This document shows positions 1 through 11,996 of a stretch of DNA of 64,000 bases, in pieces. Position 1 is the stretch's first letter; each line of letters begins with the position of its first letter. A model generated the notes under the pieces. It saw only the letters and a list, made by a program, of their open reading frames with translations. It made no database searches and was not told the DNA's origin. The position numbers were made by a program, and so were the translations under genes. Source of the DNA: Scyliorhinus canicula (taxonomy: Eukaryota); assembly GCF_902713615.1 (NCBI RefSeq), contig NC_052162.1:130844653-130908652 (forward strand), written 5' to 3'.

Positions 1-224
1 TTCTAAAAATTTAGAGTATTCAAGTATTTTCCTTCCAAATTAAGGGGCAATTTAGCATGGCCAATCCACCTATCCTGCACATCTTTGGGTTGTGGGGGTG
101 AGACCCACGCAGACACGGGGGGGGGGAGTGTACTCTACACGGCCAGCGACCCATAGCTGGGATCAAACCTGGGACCTCGGCGCCGTGAGGCAGCAGTGCT
201 AACCACTGCAGCGCCGTGCTGCCC
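1..224 (-). mobile_element. tRNA-derived V-SINE (HE1-like), short A-tailed subfamily
   Basis: Minus strand begins GGGCAGCACGG with A/B-box head, V-domain AGATGTGCAGG..GGTGGATTGGCCATGCTAAATTGCCCC, A-rich tail. Confidence 0.85.
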
Positions 225-439
225 AAGATAGATTACTGTTAGACATGGGAATCAGAGGCTATCGGGAGTAGATGGGGAATGTGAAACACAACACAAACAG
301 ATCAGTCATGATCTTATTGAATGGCAGAGCAGGCTCCAGGGGCCAAATTACCTATTTCAGCTCCTATTTTGTATGTTGGTCAATCCTCCTCTTTTTAGCC
401 CCTGTAAAAGAAATTTCCAAATTCCATCACTGTCAGTCC

Positions 440-900
440 TGCATCGCGCATGCGTCCCACCGCAAGTTGCCCCCTGACCTCCAGCACACTGCCCTTTACA
501 AAGATGGCGGCCATTCGCCATCCGGGTGACGGAGACTCTGATGCCCCGCCCACTCCAGCAGCCACCAAGATGGATGCCCACGAGCTTTGGGGCCCGTCGA
601 ACTGAGATGGCGGCCGTTCCCAGCTTGGAATAAAAAACCCGAAGCGGCAAACTCGAGTGCTAGCATTCCTACTCAGGGCTTGCGGCCTACGCTGTGATTC
701 TGAAGCCTCCCCTCACCCAGTGCCATATTCCCCCTCACCCCGGACTCCATTCCTGCCCTGCACCGCCCGGATCTCACCCGCTTGAACAGCGTCGCCGTGA
801 CTCAGGCTCGTCCCATCAAAATGACATTGCGCATGCTCCAGATCGGACCCACGACTGCGCATGATCGAGAGCAGGTCTGCGCATGCTCACTACTGTCCTG
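440..900. promoter_or_regulatory. CpG-rich promoter-like region (probably of a ZNF paralog)
   Basis: NRF1-like GCGCATGCG at 446 and TGCGCATG at about 828, 856 and 878; YY1-like AAGATGGCGG at 501 and GAGATGGCGG at about 604; same motif set as 16.4-16.9 kb and 28.8-29.0 kb. Confidence 0.6.
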
Positions 901-1217
901 TAATGGGGTGTAGATCCGCGGGGCATATTGGGCAACAGTGCAACTGAACTACAGAACTAGCAGAGACAATTAGTCAAACCAAATCACACATAAATCCTTG
1001 TGAATGTGCAATAAAAACAGAAAATGCTGGAAAATGGAGCATCTGGAGAGATCAACAGAGTCAATGCTTCAAATTAATCTCACTCTTCAGATTGAATGAG
1101 TGCCCTGCGATTCTATATTGTTCAATGTGATTGAAACTGTTGCTCACATGTGAAAATACATTGAGATTTTTAACTATTCCTACTGGCTCCTCTCTCTTCC
1201 ACCCTGAAGATACTGAC

Positions 1218-1424
1218 TGGTGAACATATTGCTACTACTGTATTGTACTCTGTTGATGCCCTTGTGGGCTCTGCCTGTGGCTCCGCCCCCTCGGGGGTGG
1301 TATATAGATCTGCAGCTTGTAGGCGGCACTCAGTACAGAGCAGTCACAGGCAGGCACAGATCTAGCTTATTAAAACCACTGTTCGTTTCTACTAGTCGTC
1401 TCGTGTGAATTGATGGTCGCATCA
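1218..1424 (+). mobile_element. Solo LTR (Gypsy-like), 207 bp
   Basis: TG...CA ends, 5-bp TSD CTGAC (1213-1217, 1425-1429), TATA-like TATATA and ATTAAA; ends TTGATGGTCGCATCA like the LTRs at 18722 and 41770. Confidence 0.8.
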
Positions 1425-3145
1425 CTGACTGAGCAGGATTCAATCCCGCAGTCATTGATTGTTCTCTCTTCCTCTCTCTATGCCCCGATTCTGAATATTA
1501 ATTATGTTATAGAATGATACAGCATAGATTTAAACCATTCTTCCAAACATCCCTGTGCTGGTTCTTTGGACCATGCAGCCAATGAATTCCACAGACCTGT
1601 TGGCACTCTTTGATGTACTAATGCATTAAAGGTGAATGGCAACATTTTCCAGTGGGATATTTCTCAGTCACACACCCCTGTGGAAAAATCGAATGCCTAG
1701 TGTATTGCACAGAGATCAAGTTTTCACTGGTTAGTGAAGCACTCAAGAGTACCTGGTGGAGTTAAATTCAATCATGGTACACACACCCAGACTGTCAACT
1801 CCACATGGACAGTGACCCGGGGCTGGGATCGAACCTGGGTCCTCGGCACTGTTAGGGAGCAGTAGTAACCACTGTACCGCCCGAACATTGGAATTGATGA
1901 TACAGGCCCATTACCCACAGTAAAAGGAGGGGAGCGTTATATCCTGGTAGTTATAGATATGCTTACCTGGTGGATTTTCTGTAAAAGAAATTCTGCAGTT
2001 ACTGCAACTAAAACCCTGCGGAAACAGATCTTTACCGATGGAGCTTTCTGAAAAGTCACCAGGTAAGTCAGTGACCCAGCCATTGACCATGACCAAATCA
2101 TAGAACGGTTACAAAACAGAAGGAGGTCATTCAGCCCATCTTGTCCATGCCAGTCCTCGGACACCCAGGTGCCCTTTCTAATCCCACCTTCCTGCACCCG
2201 GTCCATAGCCCTGTACTTTGGAGCATTTAAGGTGCAGACCCATGTACCTTTCAAAAGAGTTTTTGAACTCTGCCTCCACCACCAACTCGGGCAGCAAATT
2301 CCAGACTCTCACTATCCTCTGTGTAAAAAAGCTTTTCCTCATGTCGCCTCTACACCTTCTGCCACTTATCTTGAATCTATCTCCCCTGGTTCTAGAATTC
2401 TCCACCAGGGGAAATAATTTTATCCTGTCCACCGTATCTCTTCCCCATAATTTTGTTCAACTCAATTAAGTCACCCCTTCTTTGTTCCAAGGAAAATAAC
2501 CACAACCTATCCAATCTCTCCTCATAGCCACACTTCTCCAGCCCTGGCAACATTCTTGTAAACCTCCTCTGCACTCTCTCCAGGGCAATAACATCCTTCC
2601 TGTAATGTGGTGACCAGAACTGCGCACAATATTCCAGTTGTTCCCTCACCAGTGTTTTAGACCATTCAAATGTTATATCCTTATTTTTATATTCTATACC
2701 TCTGCCAGTGAGGGGGAGCATTCCATATGCTTTCTTAATCTTGTCTACTTGAACCTGTGTACCTGTACGACAAGATCTCTCACTTCATCTACCCTGCTTA
2801 GTATATTCCCATTTATTGTGTACTCTCTACAACGGTTTGACCTTCCTAAATGCATGACTTCACGCTTCTGTGTTAAATTCTATCTGCCATTTTATCACCC
2901 ATTCCACCAATTTTTGAAATTATAGCTAACCTCTACATTGTCTACCACTTGGCCAATCTTTGTGTCAGCTGCAAATTTCCCAATCATGCTCCCCACATTC
3001 ACGTCCAAATCATTAATATAACACAAACAGGGTCCCAACACTGAGCCCTGTGGAACACCACTTGAAACAACTTTCCAATTGCAAGGGCAGCCATCGGCCA
3101 TTACCCTTTGTTTCTTGTTACTGAGCCAACTGTTTATCCAGTTTG

Positions 3146-4050
3146 CCACATTGCCCTGTATCCCACATTGCCCTGTATCCCACATTGCCCTGTATCCCAC
3201 ATTGCCCTGTATCCCACATTGCCCTGTATCCCACATTGCCCTGTATCCCACATTGCCCTGTATCCCACATTGCCCTGTATCCCACATTACCCTGTATCCC
3301 ACATTGCCCTGTATCCCACATTGCCCTGTATCCCACATTGCCCTGTATCCCACATTGCCCTGTATCCCACATTGCCCTGTATCCCACATTGCCCTGTATC
3401 CCGCATTGCCCTGTATCCCGCATTGCCCTGTATCCCGCATTGCCCTGTATCCCGCATTGCCCTGTATCCCGCATTGCCCTGTATCCCGCATTGCCCTGTA
3501 TCCCGCATTGCCCTGTATCCCGCATTGCCCTGTATCCCGCATTGCCCTGTATCCCGCATTGCCCTGTATCCCGCATTGCCCTGTATCCCGCATTGCCCTG
3601 TATCCCGCATTGCCCTGTATCCCGCATTGCCCTGTATCCCACATTGCCCTGTATCCCACATTGCCCTGTATCCCGCATTGCCCTGTATCCCGCATTGCCC
3701 TGTATCCCGCATTGCCCTGTATCCCGCATTGCCCTGTATCCCGCATTGCCCTGTATCCCGCATTGCCCTGTATCCCGCATTGCCCTGTATCCCGCATTGC
3801 CCTGTATCCCGCATTGCCCTGTATCCCGCATTGCCCTGTATCCCGCATTGCCCTGTATCCCGCATTGCCCTGTATCCCGCATTGCCCTGTATCCCACATT
3901 GCCCTGTATCCCGCATTGCCCTGTATCCCGCATTGCCCTGTATCCCGCATTGCCCTGTATCCCGCATTGCCCTGTATCCCACATTGCCCTGTATCCCACA
4001 TTGCCCTGTATCCCACATTGCCCTGTATCCCACATTGCCCTGTATCCCAC
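3146..4050. repeat. 17-bp minisatellite (CATTGCCCTGTATCCCR), about 53 copies, inside the CR1 RT region
   Basis: Direct tandem repeat; the unit is the CR1 sequence coding GIQGNV. Confidence 0.98.
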
Positions 4051-6047
4051 GGGCTTTCACATTCTTGACCAATCTGCCTTGTGGGACTTAGTAAAATGCC
4101 TTGCTAAAATCCATGTACACCACATCCACTGCACTATCTTCATCAATCCTTCTTGTCACTTCCTCAAAGAATTCAATCAAATTTGTGAGGCAAGACCTTC
4201 CTTTAACAAATCTATGCTGATTATCCTGGACTAGTCCATGCCTTCCTATGTGACACTTAATCCTACCTCTCAGGATTGATTCCAGTAATTTGCCCACTAC
4301 TGATGTAAGACTAACTGGCCTATAATTGTTTTTACTTTGATCCTTTTTAAACAATGGAACAAAGTTTGCATTTCTCCAGTCCTCTGGTACCTCCCCTGTG
4401 TCTAGTGAGGATTGGAAAATCATTCTCAGAGCATCTGTTATCTCTTCCCTAACCACCTTCAGTAGCCTCAGGAAAAAATCCATCTGGCCCTGACGACTTA
4501 TCAACTTTCAAGGATTTTAATTCTTTGAGTACTTCCTCTCTATTTATGATTATCCCATCCAGTATCTCACAATGTTCCTCCAGGACTACTATATCTGCAT
4601 TATCCATTTCCTTTGTAAACACAGAGACAAAATATTCATTTAAAACTCTTCCCACAGCCTCTGCATCCACATACAAGTTCCCCTCTTCATCTTTGATAGG
4701 TTTCATTTTTTCCTTAACTAACCTTTTACCATTAATATATTGGTAAAACATCTTTGGGTTTTCTTTAACTATACTCCCTGATATTTTTTCATGCCCTCTC
4801 TTTCATTTCCAAATTTCCTTTTTAACTTCATCCCTGCACTTTCTATACTCGTCTAGGCTCTCTGCAGTGCTTAGTTCTTTATGCCTATCGTACGCTTTCT
4901 TTTTCGGTTTGATCTTCTCCTGTATTCCTCTAGACAACCAGGGGGGTCTAGATTTGGCCACTCTTCTTTTTGAGGGGACATGTCTACTTTGTACATTTAG
5001 GATCTCTCCTTTTAGTGCTTCCCACTGTTTTCCCACAGATCTATTCTCTAGCAATGTTGGCCAGCCCACCTCAGCCAAGATCCCTTTTCATTTCTACAAA
5101 ATCTGCCTTCCCCCAGATAAAAAAATGTATTCCTGCTTTATCTCTGTCCTTCTCCATGGTAAGGCTGAATCTAACTGAATTGTGATCACTATCTCCGATA
5201 TGGTCACCAACTGTCACTTCACCCACTTGCCCTTCTTCCTTCCCCAAGACTAGGCCTAGGATTGCATCTCCTTCCGTTGGGTTGTCACTAATTGGTGAAA
5301 ATATTTTCCTGGACACACTGCATGAATTTTTCTCCCTCAGTTCCAATATATATTGTTTGATTCCCAGTTGATATTGGGATAGTTAAAGTCTCCTACTATT
5401 ATTGCCCTCTTGTTCTTACAGGCAGAGATTTGTCGACATATTTCCTCTTCTATCTCCCTTTCACAATTTAGGGGTCTATATAATACTCTTAGTAGTGTGA
5501 CTGCCCCCATGATCAACCCATAAAGCCTTGTTTGTTGACCCGTTCAGTATATCATCCCTTCTCACAACTAGAATGGATTCTTTAACCATTAATGCTACTC
5601 CCCCTCCTTTTTTATCTCCCTTTCTCTCCTACCTGAAAACTCTGTATCGAAGGATACTGAACTGCCAGTTTTGTCCCTCCTTTAGCCAGGTTTCCATTAT
5701 AGCAATGACATCCTGCTGCCATGTGTCTACCTGTTCTCTTAACTCATCTACCTTCTTTGTAATACTCTTTGCATTGAAGTACAAACAGTTTAACTCCACC
5801 ACTTTCACTTGCTTGGCACTTCTTAAAACTTTGCTTCTTCTGTAGTTCAACGTCTATCATTATATCTTCTACGTCACTAGCTAAAGTTCTACCTCCATTT
5901 TCCTGATCTGATTTTGACCCATCTGATCCGACGCCTGGGATCCCATCCCCCTGCCACACTAGTTTAAATACTCCCTAATAGAACAAGCAAAAGCCCCCGC
6001 TAGGATATTGGTTCCAGCTCTGCCTGGGTGCAACCCACCCTGTTTGT

Positions 6048-6235
6048 AATAAAAATAAATAAAATAAAATTGCTTATTGTCACAAGTAGGCTTCAAATTA
6101 AGTTACTGTGAAAAGCCCCTAGTCGCCACATTCCGACACCTGTTCAGGGAGGCTGGTACGGGAATTGAACCGTGCTGCTGGCCTGCTTTGGTCTGCTTTC
6201 AAAGCCAGCAATTTAGCCCTGTGCTAAACAGCCCC
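6048..6235 (-). mobile_element. SINE, GGGGCTGGTTTAGC-head family
   Basis: Same sequence family as 8556, 9498, 28167, 31597 and 45920; tail GGAATGTGGCGACTAGGGGCTTTTCACAGTAACTT...GTGACAATAA. Confidence 0.8.
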
Positions 6236-6449
6236 TACAGGTGTACAGTCACAGGTGCCACCTGCCCCAGAACCGGTCCCAGTACCTCAAGAATCTGAAT
6301 CCCTCCCGGCTACACCATTTCTCCAGCCATGCGTTCATCTGATCTATCCTCCTATTCCTGCTCTCTCTAGCGCATGGAACTGAGAGTAATCCTGAGATAT
6401 AATTATCTTTGCTGTCACAAGTAGGCTTACATTAACAATGCAATGAAGT

Positions 6450-6679
6450 GGGCAGCACGGTGGCGCAGTGGGTTAGCCCTGATGTCTCACGGCGTTGAGG
6501 TCCCAGGTTCGATCCCGGCTCTGGGTCACTGTCCGTGTGGAGTTCGCACATTCTCCCCGTGTTTGTGTGGGTTTCACCCCCACAACCCAAAGATGTGCAG
6601 GGTAGGTGGATTGGCCTCGCTAAATTGCCCCTTAATTGCCAAGAAAAATGAATTGGGTACTCTAAAATATAAAAAAAGA
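6450..6679 (+). mobile_element. V-SINE, A-tailed, nested
   Basis: Flanked by about 15-bp TSD ACAWTGCAATGAAGT. Confidence 0.85.
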
Positions 6680-6808
6680 CATTGCAATGAAGTTACTGTG
6701 AAAAGCTCCTAGTCACCACATTCTGGCGCCTGTTCAGGTACACAGAGGGAGAATTCAATTCACGTGGCAGCGCGTATTTTGGACTTGTGGGAGGAAACCG
6801 GAGCACCC

Positions 6809-7673
6809 TGTAGCCACCTGGGGTAGCCACGTCCCGATTCCAAAATGGACACTCGCAAAGAGTGCAGGGAAAAATGGACAGTACTAGAGAAAACAAGCAG
6901 GTGCAAGGTTTCCTGTGTATTAAGACTTGCAGAACCCAGACAGAACTGAAACCAATAGCCATTAGCATATTAATGAGCTATCTCCGGTGACAAAAAGGAA
7001 ACATTGAAACAATCGAGACCAGGACAGACTCCCCGGCGCCAGTGGAAGCTAAAACAAAGACAGGCCAACGGTTACATAGGGCCTGCCCAATGATCAGGGA
7101 ACAACCCCGGTATTGGAGAAAATCAATACGAACGATTGGGACATGGTCCAATGAATTGGGACCAAGTCCGGGGTCCGTCCAGAAGAGCACGAAACCCCTT
7201 GGGGTATAAAGCAGAGTCCCCAAGGTCAGTTCGCTCTCTTACACTTACTCCTCTCCATCTTCAACTTGGCATTTGGCTCTCAGCGACGAGAGGCCGCCAA
7301 GCACCAGCCAAGTAAGTCTAAGGTCAACGCACGCTGCGAGATAGACGCTCCTAGCTACTATTCGGTACTAGTTCAAAGCCAACAGTATCAGAACCGGACA
7401 ACGGCCATTGTTCCTCTGACTGAATGGGCCACTCGAAGTTAAGTATAGGCTTTTAGTAGTAGTTGTAGTTTAGTGAGTAGAGTTTGTGCATGAGTAATAA
7501 TTGACTGTGTGTGTAAATAAATGTGCATTGATTTCAAACTTACTAACTGGTGTATCGAGTCATTGATCAGAATTCGGCTTTGAACCCTGTGGTGGTACCA
7601 GAAAGATACCTGGCGACTCTTGAGCAAAGGTAATTAAAACAGAGCAAATTAAGGGAAAGCATAACAAGCAACA
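6809..7673 (+). mobile_element. Solo LTR, 865 bp
   Basis: TGTAGCC...GCAACA with 4-bp TSD ACCC (6805-6808, 7674-7677); TATAAA at about 7205, AATAAA at about 7516; interrupts a SINE cleanly. Confidence 0.85.
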
Positions 7674-8555
7674 ACCCGGAGGAAACTCACGCAGACACAG
7701 GGAGAACGTGCAGACTCCGCACAGACAGTGACCCAAGACGGGAACCTAGGACCCTGGAGCTGTGAAGCAACAGGGCTAACCACTGTGCTAACGTGATTAC
7801 TACATTTGAGGTCATCTCCTAACTTCCTGCAGATCCTTATCCTTTAGTTTGCCTATCGTTGGTACCAATGTGTACCATGACCACTGGCTGTTCACCTTCC
7901 CTCCCCAGAATGTCCTGCAGCGGTTCCGTGACATCCCGGACCCTGGCACCAGAGAGGCAACATACCATCCTTGATTCACGTTTGCGACCACAGAAGCATC
8001 TGCCTGTGCCCCTAACTATTGAATCCCCTATCACTACAGCCCTGCCATTTGTTTTATTCCCACCCATCTGAGCAGCAGATCCACCCACGGTGCTGTGGAT
8101 TTGGCTGCTGCTGCTTTCCTCTGAGCGGCTATCCCCCCCAACAGTATCCAAAGTGGTATATCTGTTTGAGAGGGGGTGGTGAGCACAGCGGTCTCCTGCA
8201 CTGCCTTTCTGAGTCTTTTACTGTTCCTGATGGACACCCATTCCCTTTCTGTCTGTGCAATCCTCACCTGCGGTGTGACCACCTTGCTAAATATGCTATC
8301 CAGGACTTCCTCAGCATCGCGGATGCTCCACAATGAGTCCACCCGCAGCTCCAGCTCCGAAATCCGGTTAACTAGAAGCTACATTTGGACACACCTTCTG
8401 CACACATGGTCACCAGGGATGCAGGAAGTGTCCCACATTGTGCACGAGGAGTATATCACGGGTCTGAGCCTTCCTGCCATAATGCCCTTCTTGATTAAGC
8501 TCGTTACTCCCTAAAAAGAAACATTACGTTAGCTAGGAACCTTGTTTCTTAATTA

Positions 8556-8740
8556 AATGAAAATGAAATGAAAATCGCTTATTGTCACAAGTAGGCTTCA
8601 AATGAAGTTACTGGGAAAAGCCCCTAATCGCCACATTCCGGCGCCTGTTCGGGGAGGCTGGTGCGGGAATTGAACCGTGCTGCTGGCCTGCTTGGTCTGC
8701 TTGCAAAGCCAGCGATTTAGCCCTGTGCTAAACCAGCCCC
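8556..8740 (-). mobile_element. SINE, GGGGCTGGTTTAGC-head family
   Basis: Family match; (CATTT)n tail on minus strand. Confidence 0.8.
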
Positions 8741-9132
8741 AAAGTAACTCTTCTATCGTGATTAGTACCAGACAAGCTATACACATTTTAAATTTATTTA
8801 TTTTTAGTTACAACTAAGTTTTAAACAATGAATTTCATTAAAAGATTGGGGGAAAAAACTCACCCGGATCTACTCACCAAATCAGCTGCTTTGGTTGGTC
8901 CCACGTCACTTTCTGAACTGCGGTTTGTCTTTATCCTTCTCTTCTGCTTTCCGAGTCACTTCTTCTCTATTCTCTCAACTTTTTCCCCCTCACTGTTATA
9001 ACTTTCAGTTGCAGTTATTTATACACAGTCCCTAACATCAATCAGTTTACTGCTTATCTGTGATTTCTTCCCCCCCCCCCCCACCTCGAACCCCATCGCG
9101 CTGCTTGAACAGCTTAAGAGAAGGCTGTCCCA

Positions 9133-9350
9133 GGGCAGCACGGTGGCGCAAGTGGTTAGCACGGTTGCCTCCCGGCGCCGAGGTCCCAGGTTCGATCCCG
9201 GCTCTGGGTCACAGTCTGTGTGGGGCTTGCACATTCTCCCCATGTTTGCGTGGGTTTCGGCCCCACAACCCAAATGATGTGCAGGGTAGGTGGATTGGCC
9301 ACGCTTAATTGGAAAAAATGAATTGGATACGCTAAATAAATTTTAAAAAA
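9133..9350 (+). mobile_element. V-SINE, A-tailed
   Basis: TSD AGAAGGCTGTCCC. Confidence 0.85.
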
Positions 9351-9497
9351 AGAAGGCTGTCCCTCGCATGTCCACTGTTCCCTCCTTCCAAAGGTAAGTA
9401 CTGTCTCTGAGTCTCGGGCTGTCTTTATAATCTATATCTTTTTTGTATACATTCAGTGACTTGGCCTCTACAGCCTTCTGTGGTAGCAAATTCCACA

Positions 9498-9675
9498 GGG
9501 GCTGGTTTAGCACAGGGCTAAATCACTGGCTTTGAAAGCAGACCAGGGCAGGCCAGCAGCACGGTTCAATTCTCGTACCAGCCTCCCCGAACAGGCGCCG
9601 GAATGTGGCGACTAGGGGCTTTTCACAGTAACTTCATTTGAAGCCTACTTGTGACAATAAGTGATTTTCATTTTC
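9498..9675 (+). mobile_element. SINE, GGGGCTGGTTTAGC-head family
   Basis: Family match. Confidence 0.8.
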
Positions 9676-10351
9676 AGGTTGACTACCCTTTGAGTGGAAG
9701 CGTTTTTCCCTCATCTCAGTCCAAGATGGTCCTTCCTGTATGCGGAGACCGTGCCCAACTAGGGAAACACCCTCCCTGCATCTAGTCTGTCCTGCCCTGT
9801 TAGAATTATACACTTTTCAATTAGATCTCCTCTCATCCTTCTAAACTCTAGTGAATACAGGCCCAGTTGAACCAACATCTCCTCATGGGGCAGGCCTGCC
9901 AACAGTAGTGTTAGCCCAGTGAACTTCTGCTTCACTCCTTCTGTGGCAAGTATATCCTTTTTTAGATAGGGAGACCAAAACTGCAGGCCATACTCCGGAT
10001 GTGATCTCACTGTATGGCAACCGCAACACATCCCTACTTCTGAACTCAGCTCCTTTTGCTGCGAAGGCCAACATATCATTAGCCTGCCTAAGTGCTTGGT
10101 GCACCAGTCTCTGCATTTTCATCGACTGGTGTACCAGGACACCCAGACCCCTTTGTACATCCATACTTCCCAATATATCGCCTTTAAATAATACCCATCT
10201 TTCAGTTTTTCCACTCCAAAGTGCAGAACTTCACTTCTTCCCACATTGTACCATATCTGCCATATGTTTTCCCATTCACTCAACTTCTCAAAGTCACGTT
10301 GATACCTCCTTGCATCCTCTTCAGAACTTCACCCAGTTTTGTGTCATCAGG

Positions 10352-10855
10352 GGGAGGCGGTGACGTAGTGGCATTGTCACTGGGCTAGTAAACCAGAGAT
10401 CCAGAGTAATGCTCTGGGGACCCAGGTTCAAATCTCGCTACCGCAGATGGTGAAATTTGACTTCAATAAAAATCTGGAATTAAAAGTCTCCTGATTCTTT
10501 TTTAAACATAATTTTTAGAGTACCCAATTAATTTTTTCCAATTAGGGGCAATTTACCGTGGCCAATCCACCTACCCTGCACATCTTTGGGTTGTGGGGGC
10601 AAAACCCACGCAGATGCGGGGTTAAAAGTCTAATGATGACCATGAAACCATTATCAATTGTCGTAAAACACCATCTGGTTCACTAATGTCCTTTAGGGAA
10701 GGAAATCTGTCATCCTTACCTGGTCTGGCCTACATGTGACTTCAAACCCATAGTAACGTGGTTCACTTTTAACTGCCCCCTCAAGGGCAATTAGGGATGG
10801 GCAATAAATGTGGCACAGCCTGCAATGCCCATGTCCCATGAACGAATTTAAAAAA
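10352..10855 (+). mobile_element. tRNA-headed SINE of a third family, with a nested truncated V-SINE at 10497-10622
   Basis: GGTTCAAATC B-box head and GGTTCACTAATGTCCTTTAGGGAAGG body; second copy at 47875-48185 (minus). Confidence 0.7.
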
Positions 10856-10918
10856 GCAAATTTGGAGATATTACATTTAGTTCCCTCATCCAAATCATTA
10901 ATATATATTGTGAACAGC

Positions 10919-11220
10919 TAGATTACATAGATTACATAGAATTTACAGTGCAGAAGAAGGCCATTCGGCCCATCGAGTCTGCACCGGCTCCTGGAAAGAG
11001 CACCCTACCCAAGGTTAACACCTCCACCCTATCCCCATAACCCAGTAACCCCACCCAACACTAAGGGCAATTTTGGACACTAAGGGCAATTTATCACGGC
11101 CAATCCACCTAACCTGCACATCTTTGGACTGTGGGAGGAAACTGGAGCACCTGGAGGAAACCCACGCACACACAGGATGTGCAGACTCCGCACAGACAGT
11201 GACCCAAGCCGGAATCGAAC
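10919..11220 (-). mobile_element. V-SINE with CR1-type tail
   Basis: Tail GATGGGCCGAATGGCC..TTCTGCACTGTAAATTCTATG. Confidence 0.85.
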
Positions 11221-11554
11221 CCAGCACCGATCTCTGCAATATCCCATTAGTCACGGTCTGCCACGAAGAAAAAGACCCATTTCTTCCCACTTTGTTTCCT
11301 GTCTGTCAGCCAATTCGCGATCCATGCCAATACAGGATCCTATCCCACGTGCTTTCGTTTTGCCCACTCACCACCTATGTGGGATCTCATCAAAAGCCCT
11401 CTGAAAACTTCAAAATGCACCACATTCAATTGTTCTCTACTAGTTCGATTCAGTAGATTTGTTAAGTTTGATTTTCCTTTCATAAAACCAATGCTGGTTT
11501 TGTCTTGTCCAATCCCATTCACTGTTTTCCAAATGTTCTGTGATCACATCTTTC

Positions 11555-11782
11555 ATTTTTTAAAATAAATTTAGAGTACCCAATTTTTTTTTCTAATTGA
11601 GGAGCAATTTAGCGTGGCCAATCCACTTACCCTGCACATCTTTGGGTTGTGGTGGTGAAACCCACGCAGACACAGGGGGAATGTGCAAACTCCACACGGA
11701 CAGTGACCCAGAGCCGGGATTCGAACCTGGGACCTCGTCGCCGCAGTCCCAGTGCTAACCACTGCGCCACAACATGCCGCCC
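11555..11782 (-). mobile_element. V-SINE, A-tailed
   Basis: 14-bp TSD TGATCACATCTTTC. Confidence 0.85.
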
Positions 11783-11796
11783 TGATCACATCTTTC

Positions 11797-11996
11797 TTTT
11801 TTTTTAATACATTATCTTAGTTACACAGCCAGGGCTCAGAGTGTGGACAGAGGCGAACCCCTAATCCAGCTCTTTGCCTGCTCCAAAAAACAATTCAAAT
11901 TGAATCCAATTCATGGTCCCCATAAAGAAGACATACCAGATCTGAGCCAAAAGGCTCAATCTACGCTCAATGTTAGCCAAAAGGCCGAGAAGCGAT
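11797..11996 (-). mobile_element. U2 snRNA-headed retroposed element (candidate snRNA-derived SINE)
   Basis: Starts at U2 nt 1, about 145-nt non-U2 body, poly(A) tail, TSD (T)GATCACATYTTTC. Confidence 0.8.
11961..11996 (-). ncRNA. RNU2: U2 snRNA 5' fragment (nt 1-36), not a complete gene
   Basis: ATCGCTTCTCGGCCTTTTGGCTAACATTGAGCGTAG matches 32/36 of vertebrate U2 ATCGCTTCTCGGCCTTTTGGCTAAGATCAAGTGTAG. Confidence 0.9.

Larger units (their letters stand above)
6401..7795 (-). mobile_element. V-SINE head with GGAATGTGGCGACTAGGG-type tail, split by a nested SINE and a solo LTR
   Basis: The pieces 6401-6449, 6680-6808 and 7674-7795 join into one SINE. Confidence 0.75.
2095..9430 (-). mobile_element. 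Near full-length degenerate CR1 LINE: ORF2 EN+RT about 2100-5850, ORF1 about 5900-8490, 5'UTR to about 9400; interrupted by SINEs, an LTR and a minisatellite
   Basis: ORF fragments [56 protein letters not shown]; ORF1 esterase VIGDSIVRG and HIGTND. Confidence 0.9.

Noticed and set aside
20-226. Many short recurring ORFs such as GSIPALGHCPCGVCTFSPCL
   Set aside because: Translations of SINE sequence; the tRNA-like SINE heads are also not tRNA genes.
1911-2090. CxxC-containing minus ORF with GTAAG donor-like site
   Set aside because: Too short and lacks finger His spacing; cannot be assigned.
3146-4050. CRISPR-like array
   Set aside because: No unique spacers, eukaryotic context, and the unit derives from CR1.
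2895-4234. Six long ORFs (261-373 aa) in all frames
   Set aside because: Products of the stop-free 17-bp minisatellite; not genes.
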